From NCBI GenBank assembly GCA_002773725.1, contig PFAH01000005.1:17456-81455 (forward strand): DNA of 64,000 bases. Reading direction: 5' to 3'. This DNA is from Candidatus Colwellbacteria bacterium CG10_big_fil_rev_8_21_14_0_10_42_22 (GTDB taxonomy: Bacteria > Patescibacteriota > Minisyncoccia > UBA6257 > Colwellbacteraceae). Each line of letters opens with the position of its first letter. Within the stretch, counting starts at the first letter, position 1. This document shows, piece after piece, positions 1-9,362 of this stretch. Position numbers and translations under genes: made by a program. Below the pieces are notes generated by a model. That model was given only the letters and a program-made list of their open reading frames with translations, made no database searches and was not told where the DNA came from.

Positions 1-375
1 AGCCATCGCCAAAACCATTTTGCGTAAGTTTTCAACTTGTTTTTCGTGTCCGCGATATTTAACTCCTCCAATCTTGGTAACGCCCCCAACAAGAAAAGAT
101 ATGTCTTCACCGAATTCTTTACGTAATTCTTCCTCTGTGACGGGCGTATCTTCAACTACGTCATGCAAAAGACCAGCTGCAATTGTATTATCGTCCAAAC
201 CCCAATCATTCAGGGTTTTGCCCGTTGCGAGGGCATGGTTAAAAAATGGTTCACCACTTTTTCGCATTTGCCCCCTATGAGCTTTCTCTGCAAAAACATA
301 AGCTTCACCAACCACACCTTTCCTGTTTTTTAGAGAAACGCTTTCTTTTTGTTCCTTCTTTCTTCGGGATGCCAT
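1..375 (-). CDS. RelA/SpoT-family (p)ppGpp synthetase/hydrolase, N-terminal HD domain (5' part; gene runs off the window start)
   Basis: Reverse-strand translation from ATG at 375..373 gives MASRRKKEQ...GLLHDVVEDTPVTEEELRKEFGEDISFLVGGVTKI..., the HD-domain signature of RelA/SpoT; the ORF track missed it because it is truncated at the window edge. Confidence 0.7.
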   Translation of the reverse strand, partial: MASRRKKEQKESVSLKNRKGVVGEAYVFAEKAHRGQMRKSGEPFFNHALATGKTLNDWGLDDNTIAAGLLHDVVEDTPVTEEELRKEFGEDISFLVGGVTKIGGVKYRGHEKQVENLRKMVLAMA

Positions 376-433
376 TATTTAGACAGTATCAATCAAACCG
401 TCCCATATCACAAGATGTTTGGGGTCCTCCCTT

Positions 434-646
434 TTAGTTGGGTAAATTCAAGCTCTTAAATTCTTCAATGTTAAATTTTATTCCCCCCTCTCCCTCTTCT
501 AGGGGAGAAAAGCCCATGAACATATGGTTGCTTAAAAATACGATAGAAAAGATAGAGATTCCTATTATTAAAACAATTAATAAACCAGAAATAACTACAA
601 ACCATCTATCCATACTCAATTTCAGTTTTAAATTAGCTTTAGTCAT
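434..646 (-). CDS. small membrane protein (hypothetical)
   Basis: 70 aa ORF with one hydrophobic helix, directly downstream of the PilO-like gene on the same strand. Confidence 0.3.
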   Translation of the reverse strand: MTKANLKLKLSMDRWFVVISGLLIVLIIGISIFSIVFLSNHMFMGFSPLEEGEGGIKFNIEEFKSLNLPN

Positions 647-1184
647 AGAAGAATACCAAACTGCTAATAGTGGCTCTATATTCTTTACCCGATCCCGTTA
701 AATCAACACCACTAAGTTTAACCAAAAACTTATTACTATTTTCGATATCTTTAATGAAACTCAAAATGTTTTGAAAAGAACCATTATTAACAACCCTAAA
801 AGCACTTTGTCCAGGAGCATCTGGCCCAGAGGAGGTTTCTTCGCCGGTAAAAGAGAATTGAGTATTAACTCCATTACTTTTGCTGATGCTTTCTAAATAA
901 TCAGAGAAAGAAAAAAGTTCTTCCCGTTGAGGTAAGATATTTTGAAGAACTACATAGGCGCTTTTCGCCTCATCAGCCGTTTTTCTTAAATCAGCCAATC
1001 TAGATATGGACTCCGAACGTGATGCTATGCGACCTCGTTCCTGTCGTAGAGATTCGGCCCGATCTTCAACTTCCCCTCCTAGAGATACAAGCAAAGGCAC
1101 AATAAAGACAAAAAAACCTACTATTATTGAAAGGTTGATAATTGTTTTTGGGGTTAGATATTTAGAAAAATTAAACTCCGTCAC
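639..1184 (-). CDS. PilO/GspM-like bitopic membrane protein (second copy, separate from the main pilus cluster)
   Basis: Short N-terminus, single TM helix (IINLSIIVGFFVFIVPLLVSL), coiled-coil segment, then a C-terminal domain; this architecture matches PilN/PilO. Confidence 0.4.
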   Translation of the reverse strand: MTEFNFSKYLTPKTIINLSIIVGFFVFIVPLLVSLGGEVEDRAESLRQERGRIASRSESISRLADLRKTADEAKSAYVVLQNILPQREELFSFSDYLESISKSNGVNTQFSFTGEETSSGPDAPGQSAFRVVNNGSFQNILSFIKDIENSNKFLVKLSGVDLTGSGKEYRATISSLVFFYD

Positions 1185-1215
1185 TTTTTAATATGATATA
1201 TTAGATGTCATCTGC

Positions 1216-2088
1216 ATGCTACACCGGTCTATCAAAATAGAAGAACCTGAATATCCGACCATACTTAGAGAGATACAAGATCCACCCGAAACACTTTTTA
1301 TTAGAGGGGAACTCGCATCTTTAAGAAATAAATGTCTATCCATAGTCGGCACTCGCAAAGCTTCGAGAGAAGGCATGCATACCGCCGAAGAGTTTGCTTT
1401 TAGTTTAGCGCGTTTAGAGGTTACCATTATTAGCGGATTAGCGGCTGGGATTGATGCGGTCTCCCACAAAGGTGCTTTGAGGGCAGGTGGCAATACTGTG
1501 GCTGTTTTGGGGACTGGTATAGATAAAATTTATCCTGCTCAAAATCAAAATCTCGCCCAAGAAATTATTAAATCAAAAGGGGCCATTTTATCAGAGTATC
1601 CGCCCGGGGAACCCTCGTATAAAGGAAACTTTTTAAGAAGAAATCGTATTATCAGCGGTTTATCAAGCGCTACATTAGTTGTGGAAGCACCGGCAAGGTC
1701 AGGATCTTTAGCCACTGCTAGATTTGCGGCTGAACAGGGAAGAGAGGTTTTTGTAGTTCCTGGTCCACACAAAAATTTTAATTTTGCAGGATCACATGCC
1801 CTAATTCGAGATGGGGCGATTCTTACAACATCTCCAGTCGAACTAGCTCAAGATATGAATTGGCTTGATGTTGGCTCAAAAGAGGGTACAGAACCCCAAA
1901 CCCTCTACGAACTAAACCCTGAAGAAACAATTGTGTTTGAGACGATTCACAGAGAAGGGGCGTCCCTTAAAGTTGACAAGATAATAGAGTTAACTAAACT
2001 TGAGCCCCGTACAGTCAACGTTTGTCTTGCATCGTTGATTATTAAAGAACTGGTTCTGGAAGAAGGAACAGGTTATAAACTTAAATAG
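1216..2088 (+). CDS. dprA: DNA processing protein DprA (Smf)
   Basis: Rossmann-like DprA core with conserved LSIVGTRKAS...GLAAGIDAVSHKGAL...VAVLGTGID...RNRIISGLS motifs. Confidence 0.85.
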   Translation: MLHRSIKIEEPEYPTILREIQDPPETLFIRGELASLRNKCLSIVGTRKASREGMHTAEEFAFSLARLEVTIISGLAAGIDAVSHKGALRAGGNTVAVLGTGIDKIYPAQNQNLAQEIIKSKGAILSEYPPGEPSYKGNFLRRNRIISGLSSATLVVEAPARSGSLATARFAAEQGREVFVVPGPHKNFNFAGSHALIRDGAILTTSPVELAQDMNWLDVGSKEGTEPQTLYELNPEETIVFETIHREGASLKVDKIIELTKLEPRTVNVCLASLIIKELVLEEGTGYKLK

Positions 2089-2090
2089 AT

Positions 2091-4073
2091 ATGAAGCTCG
2101 TTATAGTTGAATCGCCCACTAAAGCCAAAACCATTGGTAAGTTTTTGGGTAAAGGGTATCAATTGGAATCTTCTTACGGTCATGTTAGGGATTTACCCAA
2201 GGGCAAACTGGGGGTTGATGAAGAGAAAAACTTCGAACCCGGCTATGTTATCCCAACCAAATCTAGGAAAAGGGTTAATCAACTTAAGAAAACTGCCACT
2301 GACGCCGAAGAGGTTATTCTTGCTACTGATGAAGACAGGGAAGGGGAAGCTATCGCTTGGCATTTGGTGTATGCATTGGGACTAGAAGACCAAGAAAATA
2401 TTAAGCGTATTGTTTTTCACGAGATTACCAAGTCGGCTATAGAGGGGGCCCTAGCTAAACCAAGAAAAATCAATACAAATTTGGTGGATGCCCAGCAAGC
2501 GAGAAGGATTATAGACCGATTAGTGGGGTATAAACTTTCTCCTTTTCTTTGGAAAAAGATTAGGGGTGGGTTATCTGCCGGTAGGGTCCAGTCGGTAGCG
2601 TTAAAGCTGATAGTCGATCGCGAGGAAGAGATAAGAAAATTCAAGCCACAAGAATATTGGACAATCAAGGCAAAGCTCGAAGCGAGCAAAGGAAGCTTTG
2701 AGGCAGAGCTCAATAAAATTGGTTCTAGGAAATTAGACAAACTAGATATTAAAAAAGCCAGAGACGCTCAATTAATAGCAAATGATATTCAAAGATCAGA
2801 AAGCGCTGTTCTTTCTGTAGTTAAAAAACCGACCACTCGTAAGCCCTTACCACCATTTATCACTAGCACTCTTCAGCAGGATGCATCGAGACGTCTTAGG
2901 TTCTCTGCTAAAAAGACGATGATGGTAGCTCAAAAACTTTATGAAAGAGGACTCATCACTTATATGAGAACCGATTCGGTTAATCTCTCAAGAGAAGCAA
3001 TCGCAGTTGCCAAAGATTGGTTGGCTAAAAACCTAGGAGCCCAATATAGCTCATCTTCGCCTAGGGTCTATAAATCAAGGTCAAAATTAGCTCAAGAGGC
3101 ACACGAAGCTATCAGGCCAACGAACCCTGCTTTGTCTCCAGAGGATACTAAAGGAACGGATGACGAGAAAAAACTCTACGATCTAATTTGGAGGCGCTTT
3201 ATGGCATCTCAAATGCCGGATGCAAAATTTGAGCAAACAACTATAGACGTTAGAGCCAAGGGCGTAAAAGAAACATACAACCTAAGAGCCAACGGTAACA
3301 TTATGAAGTTCGACGGCTTCTTAAGGGTTTGGTTAGGCAAAGGCGAGGACGTGGAGCTTCCTGATGTTGAAAAACAGGAGCAATTAAAAGTTTTGAAAAC
3401 TACACCCGATCAACATTTTACCGAACCTCCTGCTAGGTTTAACGAGGCCTCTTTAATTAAAACCCTCGAAGAATATGGTATTGGTCGACCTTCAACCTAT
3501 GCACCCATCATCTCCGTTATTCAAAACAGGGGATATGTGATTAAGGACAAAAATAGGCGATTCGAACCGGAGGAAATAGGAGAGTTGGTCAACAAAATTC
3601 TCGCCGAACATTTTCCCAATATCGTTGACATAGATTTTACTGCCCGAATGGAAGAAGAATTTGATGAGGTAGCCGAAGGGATAGAGAAATGGAGGGATGT
3701 TGTTAAAGAATTCTACGAACCATTTATAGAAAATCTGGACAAAAAATATACAGAAGTTAAAAAAGAAGAGATAGCAGAAGAACAGACAGATGTGGATTGC
3801 GATGATTGTGGCAAGAAAATGATTATCAAGTTTGGGCGATTTGGTAAGTTTATGGCATGTTCGGGATATCCAGAGTGTAAAAATACCAAGACCCTAAAAG
3901 AACCACCAGAAAAAATTGGACTTAATTGTCCCGAGTGTCACGAAGGAGATATTATCAAGCGATTCACTAAGAGAAGAAAGATATTTTACGGGTGTAGCCG
4001 ATATCCTAAATGTGATTATGCTAGCTGGGATGATCCGCGAGAGAAGAAGGAAGAAAAAGGAGATAAAAAATAG
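2091..4073 (+). CDS. topA: DNA topoisomerase I with C-terminal zinc-ribbon repeats
   Basis: TOPRIM N-terminus MKLVIVESPTKAKTIGKFLG...YGHVRDLP, topoisomerase IA core, and three C4 zinc ribbons (CDDCGKKM...CSGYPEC, CPECHEG...CSRYPKC). Confidence 0.95.
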   Translation: MKLVIVESPTKAKTIGKFLGKGYQLESSYGHVRDLPKGKLGVDEEKNFEPGYVIPTKSRKRVNQLKKTATDAEEVILATDEDREGEAIAWHLVYALGLEDQENIKRIVFHEITKSAIEGALAKPRKINTNLVDAQQARRIIDRLVGYKLSPFLWKKIRGGLSAGRVQSVALKLIVDREEEIRKFKPQEYWTIKAKLEASKGSFEAELNKIGSRKLDKLDIKKARDAQLIANDIQRSESAVLSVVKKPTTRKPLPPFITSTLQQDASRRLRFSAKKTMMVAQKLYERGLITYMRTDSVNLSREAIAVAKDWLAKNLGAQYSSSSPRVYKSRSKLAQEAHEAIRPTNPALSPEDTKGTDDEKKLYDLIWRRFMASQMPDAKFEQTTIDVRAKGVKETYNLRANGNIMKFDGFLRVWLGKGEDVELPDVEKQEQLKVLKTTPDQHFTEPPARFNEASLIKTLEEYGIGRPSTYAPIISVIQNRGYVIKDKNRRFEPEEIGELVNKILAEHFPNIVDIDFTARMEEEFDEVAEGIEKWRDVVKEFYEPFIENLDKKYTEVKKEEIAEEQTDVDCDDCGKKMIIKFGRFGKFMACSGYPECKNTKTLKEPPEKIGLNCPECHEGDIIKRFTKRRKIFYGCSRYPKCDYASWDDPREKKEEKGDKK

Positions 4074-4075
4074 AG

Positions 4076-4147
4076 TGGGTGATATAGGGATCGAACCTAT
4101 GGCCTCTGCCGTGTGAAGGCAGCGCTCTACCACTGAGCTAATCACCC
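4076..4147 (-). tRNA. tRNA-Val (anticodon CAC)
   Basis: Reverse complement folds as a cloverleaf: GGGTGAT acceptor, GCTCAGTGGTAGAGC D-arm, anticodon stem CTGCC/GGCAG with loop TTCACAC, T-arm AGG TTCGATC CCT. Confidence 0.8.
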
Positions 4148-4175
4148 CCGCCCACCGACAGGTAGGCCCTGGTGG

Positions 4176-4249
4176 TGGGTGATACAGGACTCGAACCTGT
4201 GACCTCTTCCGTGTCGAGGAAGCGCTCTAGCCAACTGAGCTAATCACCC
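4176..4249 (-). tRNA. tRNA-Val (anticodon GAC; unusual C at position 33)
   Basis: Cloverleaf on the reverse strand: GGGTGAT acceptor, anticodon stem CTTCC/GGAAG with loop TCGACAC, T-arm ACAGG TTCGAGT CCTGT. Confidence 0.7.
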
Positions 4250-4261
4250 ATGTTTTCGGGG

Positions 4262-4336
4262 TGGGCGCACCTGGATTCGAACCAGGGACCTCTATCTTAT
4301 CAGGATAGCGCTCTAACCAAGCTGAGCTATGCGCCC
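4262..4336 (-). tRNA. tRNA-Ile (anticodon GAU)
   Basis: Reverse complement GGGCGCATAGCTCAGCTTGGTTAGAGCGCTATCCTGATAAGATAGAGGTCCCTGGTTCGAATCCAGGTGCGCCCA is a canonical tRNA-Ile(GAT). Confidence 0.8.
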
Positions 4337-4487
4337 GAACGAGACATGAAATATAAATCCAATCTATGTTTCATGTCGAATGATGGGCGCAGCACTTGTT
4401 GCTATGCACCATCAAACACCTTTGTAGATTATAGCTTATATAAACAGTCGGATTGGAGCAAGAGTTTAGTTTATAATGTTTATAAAT

Positions 4488-4655
4488 ATGAAAATCCCAG
4501 ACATATTTTTTAAAAGAATATTTTGGATAGGTGGAATCATTTTAGTTTTAGTGGGGCTCTTAAGCTTTTATGTTCGTTTTCAAACCCTTAAATATGATTT
4601 AAGGCAGGGCGAGGGATATGAGGCAGAGATTATTAATGAGCAACCTGCTCCGTAG
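4488..4655 (+). CDS. small single-TM protein (55 aa, hypothetical)
   Basis: Unlisted short ORF MKIPDIFFKRIFWIGGIILVLVGLLSFYVRFQ... in the 350-bp spacer between the tRNA cluster and the DUF1761 gene; no other support. Confidence 0.2.
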   Translation: MKIPDIFFKRIFWIGGIILVLVGLLSFYVRFQTLKYDLRQGEGYEAEIINEQPAP

Positions 4656-4688
4656 TAGCATAATCGCTCTACGAGGTATAATAAAAAT

Positions 4689-5108
4689 ATGCCAAGAATA
4701 GATTTAATAGCAGTATTAATAGCAGGGGTTATCAGTATGGGATTTGGAATGCTTTGGTATGGACCTTTGTTTGGAAAGAGGTGGTCTCGTTTAATGGGTT
4801 TTAGCACTGATAAGCTCGAGGAAATGAAAAAACGAGGCATGTTTAAGATTTCTTTAATCGCTTTTATCACAGAACTAATAACCGCTTACGTTTTGGCATA
4901 TTTAATAGCCCTTACTGGCTCTTATGCCCTGCCCGTTTTGGTAAGTTTAATTTTTTGGCTTTGGATAGGACTATTGGTGCCAATTTTAGTCGGCGCTACT
5001 CTATGGGAAGGCAAGCCCATAGGACTTCTTATAATAAATATGAGCTATCACCTTTTAACACTTTCCATTATGGGTCTAGTTATTGTTTATTGGGCCACCT
5101 GGTCTTAA
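4689..5108 (+). CDS. DUF1761-like integral membrane protein
   Basis: 139 aa with 4 predicted TM helices and a WYGPLFGK-type motif. Confidence 0.45.
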   Translation: MPRIDLIAVLIAGVISMGFGMLWYGPLFGKRWSRLMGFSTDKLEEMKKRGMFKISLIAFITELITAYVLAYLIALTGSYALPVLVSLIFWLWIGLLVPILVGATLWEGKPIGLLIINMSYHLLTLSIMGLVIVYWATWS

Positions 5109-5121
5109 ATAAACCACACTT

Positions 5122-5844
5122 GTGTTTATGGATATAAACGTCATATACGAAGACGAAAATTTAATTGTAATTAATAAACCAGCCGGGCTTTTGGTGCATT
5201 CTGCCCCTGGTAGAGAAGAAGAGACCCTAGTTGACTGGCTAGGGATAAACTTTCCAGAAATTCAAGATGTCGGAGACATACCTGCCGATAAGCAGGTGAC
5301 CGTTCGACGTCCCGGCATAGTGCATCGGCTTGATAAAGATACATCGGGTATCATGCTCATCGCTCGCAACCAAGAATACTTCGAATACTTAAAAGGACTT
5401 TTTCGGGATAAAAAGATTACCAAAACATATAGAGCAATTATACGAGGCAAGTTAAAAGAAAAAGAGGGGACAATAGATGTCCCTATTAGTATCAAATCAG
5501 GTACTATTAAGCGCACCGCCCACAAGGGCAAGGACGCTAAAGAAGCAATCACCGACTACCGCGTATTAAAAGAGTTCGAAAACTTTAGTTACATTGAAGC
5601 TATGCCCAAAACAGGCCGAACTCACCAAATTAGAGTTCACCTTAACTCCATTGGACACCCGGTGGTAGGAGACAAGCTCTATGGGGGCAAAGAAAATGCC
5701 TCTCTAGCCAATAGACAGATGCTCCATGCCTATTCATTGGAGTTTTCGCTCAATGTTAGTAAAAGCACTAAACTGGTAGCCGATTTACCACTTGATTTTG
5801 AGGAGTTTTTACAAACTCTTGAAAAAGAGACGTCTCTCGCGTAA
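5122..5844 (+). CDS. RluA-family 23S rRNA/tRNA pseudouridine synthase
   Basis: Catalytic motif HRLDKDTSGIMLIAR with the conserved Asp, plus RluA-family core. Confidence 0.85.
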   Translation: MFMDINVIYEDENLIVINKPAGLLVHSAPGREEETLVDWLGINFPEIQDVGDIPADKQVTVRRPGIVHRLDKDTSGIMLIARNQEYFEYLKGLFRDKKITKTYRAIIRGKLKEKEGTIDVPISIKSGTIKRTAHKGKDAKEAITDYRVLKEFENFSYIEAMPKTGRTHQIRVHLNSIGHPVVGDKLYGGKENASLANRQMLHAYSLEFSLNVSKSTKLVADLPLDFEEFLQTLEKETSLA

Positions 5845-5856
5845 AGTTGTTACGCA

Positions 5857-6153
5857 ATGATTAATGCAGAAACACTAGAAAAGATACAACCGGGCGTTAG
5901 GGTCCGTGTTCACGACACAAATGGCCAATTTGAGGGTATCGTTTTGGCGCGCAAGCATGGCAAGGAGGCGGGCGCCACATTTACCGTTCGTGGCGAAGTT
6001 GCGAGTGTAAAGATGGAAAAGATTTATCCAATCTACACTCCGACTATTAAAAAAGTAGATATCCTCAAGAAACCCAAGAGAGTAAGGCGCTCTAAGCTGT
6101 ACTTCTTACGCAATCTTTCGGTTAAAAAGATTAAGCAAAAGCTTGGGGTCTAA
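5857..6153 (+). CDS. rplS: 50S ribosomal protein L19
   Basis: C-terminal KRVRRSKLYFLR signature of bL19 and appropriate size. Confidence 0.8.
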   Translation: MINAETLEKIQPGVRVRVHDTNGQFEGIVLARKHGKEAGATFTVRGEVASVKMEKIYPIYTPTIKKVDILKKPKRVRRSKLYFLRNLSVKKIKQKLGV

Positions 6154-6322
6154 TATAGAGATAGGGGGTTGTGGCATCTAAGATTCGCTAAGAAAGATGC
6201 TTAGGCATTTCTTGGTGAAATGTATCACACTGATGATGTCCCCAAACTAGAAAGGAAGTTTACTAAGGCACAGAAAATACTTAGAATAAATCAGTCCTAC
6301 GACATTGGGGACAAGTCATAAA

Positions 6323-6410
6323 GCCCAGGTGGTGGAATTGGCATACACACTAGGTTGAGGGCCTAGGCTGCTTCGGTGGCGTGCGGGTTCGAGTCCCGCC
6401 CTGGGCACCA
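6323..6410 (+). tRNA. tRNA-Leu (anticodon GAG), type II with long variable arm, CCA encoded
   Basis: GCCCAGG acceptor, 3-bp D-stem GTG/CAC with 11-nt loop, anticodon stem CTAGG/CCTAG with loop TTGAGGG, long variable arm, T-arm GCGGG TTCGAGT CCCGC, 3' CCTGGGC-A-CCA. Confidence 0.8.
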
Positions 6411-6456
6411 ATATCAAGACATGGTCTAAAATTAATTTGTATTATACGATTCAAAT

Positions 6457-7578
6457 ATGAGATTCAATCCATTTTCTAAATCCGAAGACACTCTTGATGA
6501 GGAGGATGGAGGAGCGGAAGAAGAGCTTTCTTCAGAGGAAAAATTAAAACAACTTGCCTATTCTATGGAAGCCCTTGGTGTGCAAGGTGAGCAGATCATA
6601 GATATTTCTCCAGAGGTTCGTGAGCAACTAGAGAAAGTACACGAATTTAGAGATCCTGAGACCAAAGGAAGAATAGAGTATTTGTTAGCTAATCCTAGAG
6701 GAGAAAAGGGTACTATTTTGGTCAATAGCGACTTTACCGCTGATTCTAAAAACAGACCCACTAAAGAATTCTTGGCCTATATGGCAGAGATATATCCAGA
6801 CTATAAGATAATGTTTCCAATTCCTCCTGGTTATGGAACAGACCCATTGGGAACTTTCGTAAAGAGTCAAAGAAAGAAAGAAAGAAGAAGTATTTTTGGC
6901 CCATTTGCTAGACCCGCCTTAAGAGCGCTCGAAAGCATAGAGCCAGGAGAAGATATAATAATTTTTGGAGCATCTATGGGTTCTCATTTAGCCGTTGAGC
7001 AGGCGCTCGCAGCTCAAGACGGAGAAATAGATTTAGAAATCAATCAAGTCGTGCTATTAGCACCACCAGCAGAAAAAAAGGGTAGAAGTATTTTGGGAGC
7101 GATACGTTTAGGCAAGGATTTTGCTAAAGACGAAATGCGATCAAGAGAATTGCAGGAAGAATATCAATATATCAAGGATATTATTCCAGACGACGATGTT
7201 AAGAAAAAAGAGGCCTGGGAGAGACACGGCTTGAGTGGGGTAGTACACATGGCTAGGTATTCAATGCAACTAGCAAATTCACAATTCAATGAAGGGTTGG
7301 TAGATCTTGTACTTGGAACAGATATAGATGTACGTGTATTAGCGGGAAGCGAAGATAGTGTGGCCGGCTCCAAGCACCTTGGCCCAGCTATAGAAAAGAT
7401 TAAGGCAGGTGGAAAATCTTTAAAAAGAAAGGTTATGATTGGCTGGCGTCATGGCACAACGGCCGATATTCCAAGAAGGGTTGTGAATGTAATCCAAGAA
7501 ATAGGTAGGGGAGGTCCAGAGCTATTAGATGCCAAAATGATTGCAAAAAGGATGCAACTAAAAGAGAACGAAGAATAA
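6457..7578 (+). CDS. hypothetical protein with alpha/beta-hydrolase-like nucleophile elbow
   Basis: Acidic N-terminus; GASMG (GxSxG) motif in a beta-strand context (IIIFGASMGSHLA); no family assigned. Confidence 0.35.
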   Translation: MRFNPFSKSEDTLDEEDGGAEEELSSEEKLKQLAYSMEALGVQGEQIIDISPEVREQLEKVHEFRDPETKGRIEYLLANPRGEKGTILVNSDFTADSKNRPTKEFLAYMAEIYPDYKIMFPIPPGYGTDPLGTFVKSQRKKERRSIFGPFARPALRALESIEPGEDIIIFGASMGSHLAVEQALAAQDGEIDLEINQVVLLAPPAEKKGRSILGAIRLGKDFAKDEMRSRELQEEYQYIKDIIPDDDVKKKEAWERHGLSGVVHMARYSMQLANSQFNEGLVDLVLGTDIDVRVLAGSEDSVAGSKHLGPAIEKIKAGGKSLKRKVMIGWRHGTTADIPRRVVNVIQEIGRGGPELLDAKMIAKRMQLKENEE

Positions 7579-7579
7579 T

Positions 7580-8602
7580 ATGACCACAAGAGAAGATTTA
7601 GAAAAAATAGAATTAGAGAACCCAGAGCATTGGAGGGAATTCTTCAAAGAAGTTTCAGCTATCCATTATGGACAACTCTGCCAAATGGTCGGTGAACACC
7701 TTTCGGGTTTTGGGGTTGAGGGGATAAAGATAAAACAAAAAGAGGGTTCGCCAAAATGGCTCTATGACGGACAAGGGCTCCCATCTCCTTCAGCTTGGGA
7801 GAACTGGGCAAGCACAGCCCTTGGTATATATGATGATCCACCCGGCAAAGAAAAAAAGGATAGAGAAGAGAAAAAAATCGCTGCAGCGGAAACATTTATA
7901 GGACTGGTTGAAATACTTTTAAGGCATGGCGAAAAGCTGTCTCCTGAACTACAAGAAGCGAGGGATGGATTGATGGAATATGGAGTTGAGATGCCTGAAC
8001 TAGCTGTATTTCTATCTCGCAAAGAAGCCGAGCAGGAAGAAAAAAAGGAAACACTGCCTCAGGCCAAGCCAGAGAGCGTAGACAAAGTAAGGGAACAAAT
8101 GAAGGGCGCAAGTGAACAAGAACAACGAAGAGATATGCTTGCCCTTTCAGTCGGTCTCATAGAAAAGCAAGGCATAGAAGAAACCATAGATGCTTTAATT
8201 GAGTTAGCTAGTGGTGCCGAGAGCGGTCCGATGCACGAACAATTAGAGAAAGTTCTTCTTAGTCGACCAGACCAAGAGGGCGTAGAAGACCTATCTCTTC
8301 AGCCGGCTGAAAGAATTAGATTATTAGCATATTTTATAATTGAAGGGTTAAGACATCCGGGTAGTGCGGAAAAAGAAAGAAGAGAGAGCGAGATTGAGTT
8401 AGAACGATTAGTTAAAGCTTTAATTAACGATTATAAGGAGGGGGGAGTAATAGCCAATCCGCTTATACACAGAATTATCGATGGAGTAGAGGGCCTTAAA
8501 GAAAACGATTTTAAAATATTTGTGACTGCACAATTAAAAGCGGCTGCTCGTACGATAGAAAAGTTGGCTAAAGAGAAGAGAAAACCCAAAAAGGAAGAAT
8601 AG
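7580..8602 (+). CDS. hypothetical acidic/charged protein
   Basis: 340 aa ORF with an overlapping start/stop to the previous gene (ATAATATG); highly charged, predicted helical. Confidence 0.3.
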   Translation: MTTREDLEKIELENPEHWREFFKEVSAIHYGQLCQMVGEHLSGFGVEGIKIKQKEGSPKWLYDGQGLPSPSAWENWASTALGIYDDPPGKEKKDREEKKIAAAETFIGLVEILLRHGEKLSPELQEARDGLMEYGVEMPELAVFLSRKEAEQEEKKETLPQAKPESVDKVREQMKGASEQEQRRDMLALSVGLIEKQGIEETIDALIELASGAESGPMHEQLEKVLLSRPDQEGVEDLSLQPAERIRLLAYFIIEGLRHPGSAEKERRESEIELERLVKALINDYKEGGVIANPLIHRIIDGVEGLKENDFKIFVTAQLKAAARTIEKLAKEKRKPKKEE

Positions 8603-8613
8603 ACAAATCAAAA

Positions 8614-8638
8614 GCCCGCCTTTCGGCGGGCTTTCTTT
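8614..8638. terminator. rho-independent terminator, probably bidirectional between convergent genes
   Basis: GC hairpin GCCCGCC-TTTC-GGCGGGC followed by TTTCTTT, with an A-tract upstream; it sits between the + gene ending at 8602 and the - gene ending at 8668. Confidence 0.55.
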
Positions 8639-8667
8639 AATTTACCTAATTACTTATCAGGACTCAG

Positions 8668-9135
8668 CTACAAGATCTCAACCTTGGCCTTCTTAAGGCC
8701 AAAGTGGACTGCTTCTGCGCGAGTAGAGAACCAAACGTCGATTCTGTCTTGGTGGCGATTATGCATGCGGTCTTCCACAACGAATACTCGATCACCGAAG
8801 ATTTCAGGAATGCGAATCTTGGTTCCGATTGGTAGCCAGTTAGCCGCCACAATTCCATCTCGGACAGTTGTACCGGAAGCAGTCACAAAAGGAGTGCTGT
8901 CGGTTTGTCTGACCTCGCTGGAGTAGGCGGTAATAGTGGCATCAACCACTCGTCTAGCGTCTGAATCAATGCTGGTCTTTGATGTGGCAACCGGACTCTC
9001 ATTAAGTAGGGCAGCGCCATTATCGGCGAGCACTCCTTCGACGGTTTCCGGTGCGGGAGCAGCATCGATGACAATACTTGAACTTAATGTTCCTAGAATA
9101 AGTAGAAGCGTAGCTGAGATTATGTATCTACTCAT
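8668..9135 (-). CDS. secreted 3D-domain protein (MltA/RlpA-like double-psi beta-barrel, probable peptidoglycan-binding or lytic)
   Basis: Signal peptide MSRYIISATLLLILGTLSSS, C-terminal 3D-domain pattern TASGTTVRDGIVAANWLPIGTKIRIPEIFGDRVFVVEDR. Confidence 0.55.
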   Translation of the reverse strand: MSRYIISATLLLILGTLSSSIVIDAAPAPETVEGVLADNGAALLNESPVATSKTSIDSDARRVVDATITAYSSEVRQTDSTPFVTASGTTVRDGIVAANWLPIGTKIRIPEIFGDRVFVVEDRMHNRHQDRIDVWFSTRAEAVHFGLKKAKVEIL

Positions 9136-9362
9136 TTTTTAGTGTCTGCCTTTCGGTAGACATATGCCCAGATATACTAGGCATTTAAAAACCCCCTTTC
9201 TGGGGATTCGATAGAATCCTATCATATCCAACGCCAAAAGTCAAATCCCCACACCTAATGACAATTTGCTATTAAAAACGGCTTATTTAAGCGCTAAAAC
9301 AGTACCTTATTGCCATTAGGTGCGTGAATTAACCTACCCTAAATTAGTGATAGAATAAACTC

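Noticed and set aside
4250-4513. 87-aa ORF on the plus strand
   Set aside because: It lies across the tRNA-Val/tRNA-Ile cluster, antisense to the tRNAs. It is a spurious ORF generated by the tRNA sequences.
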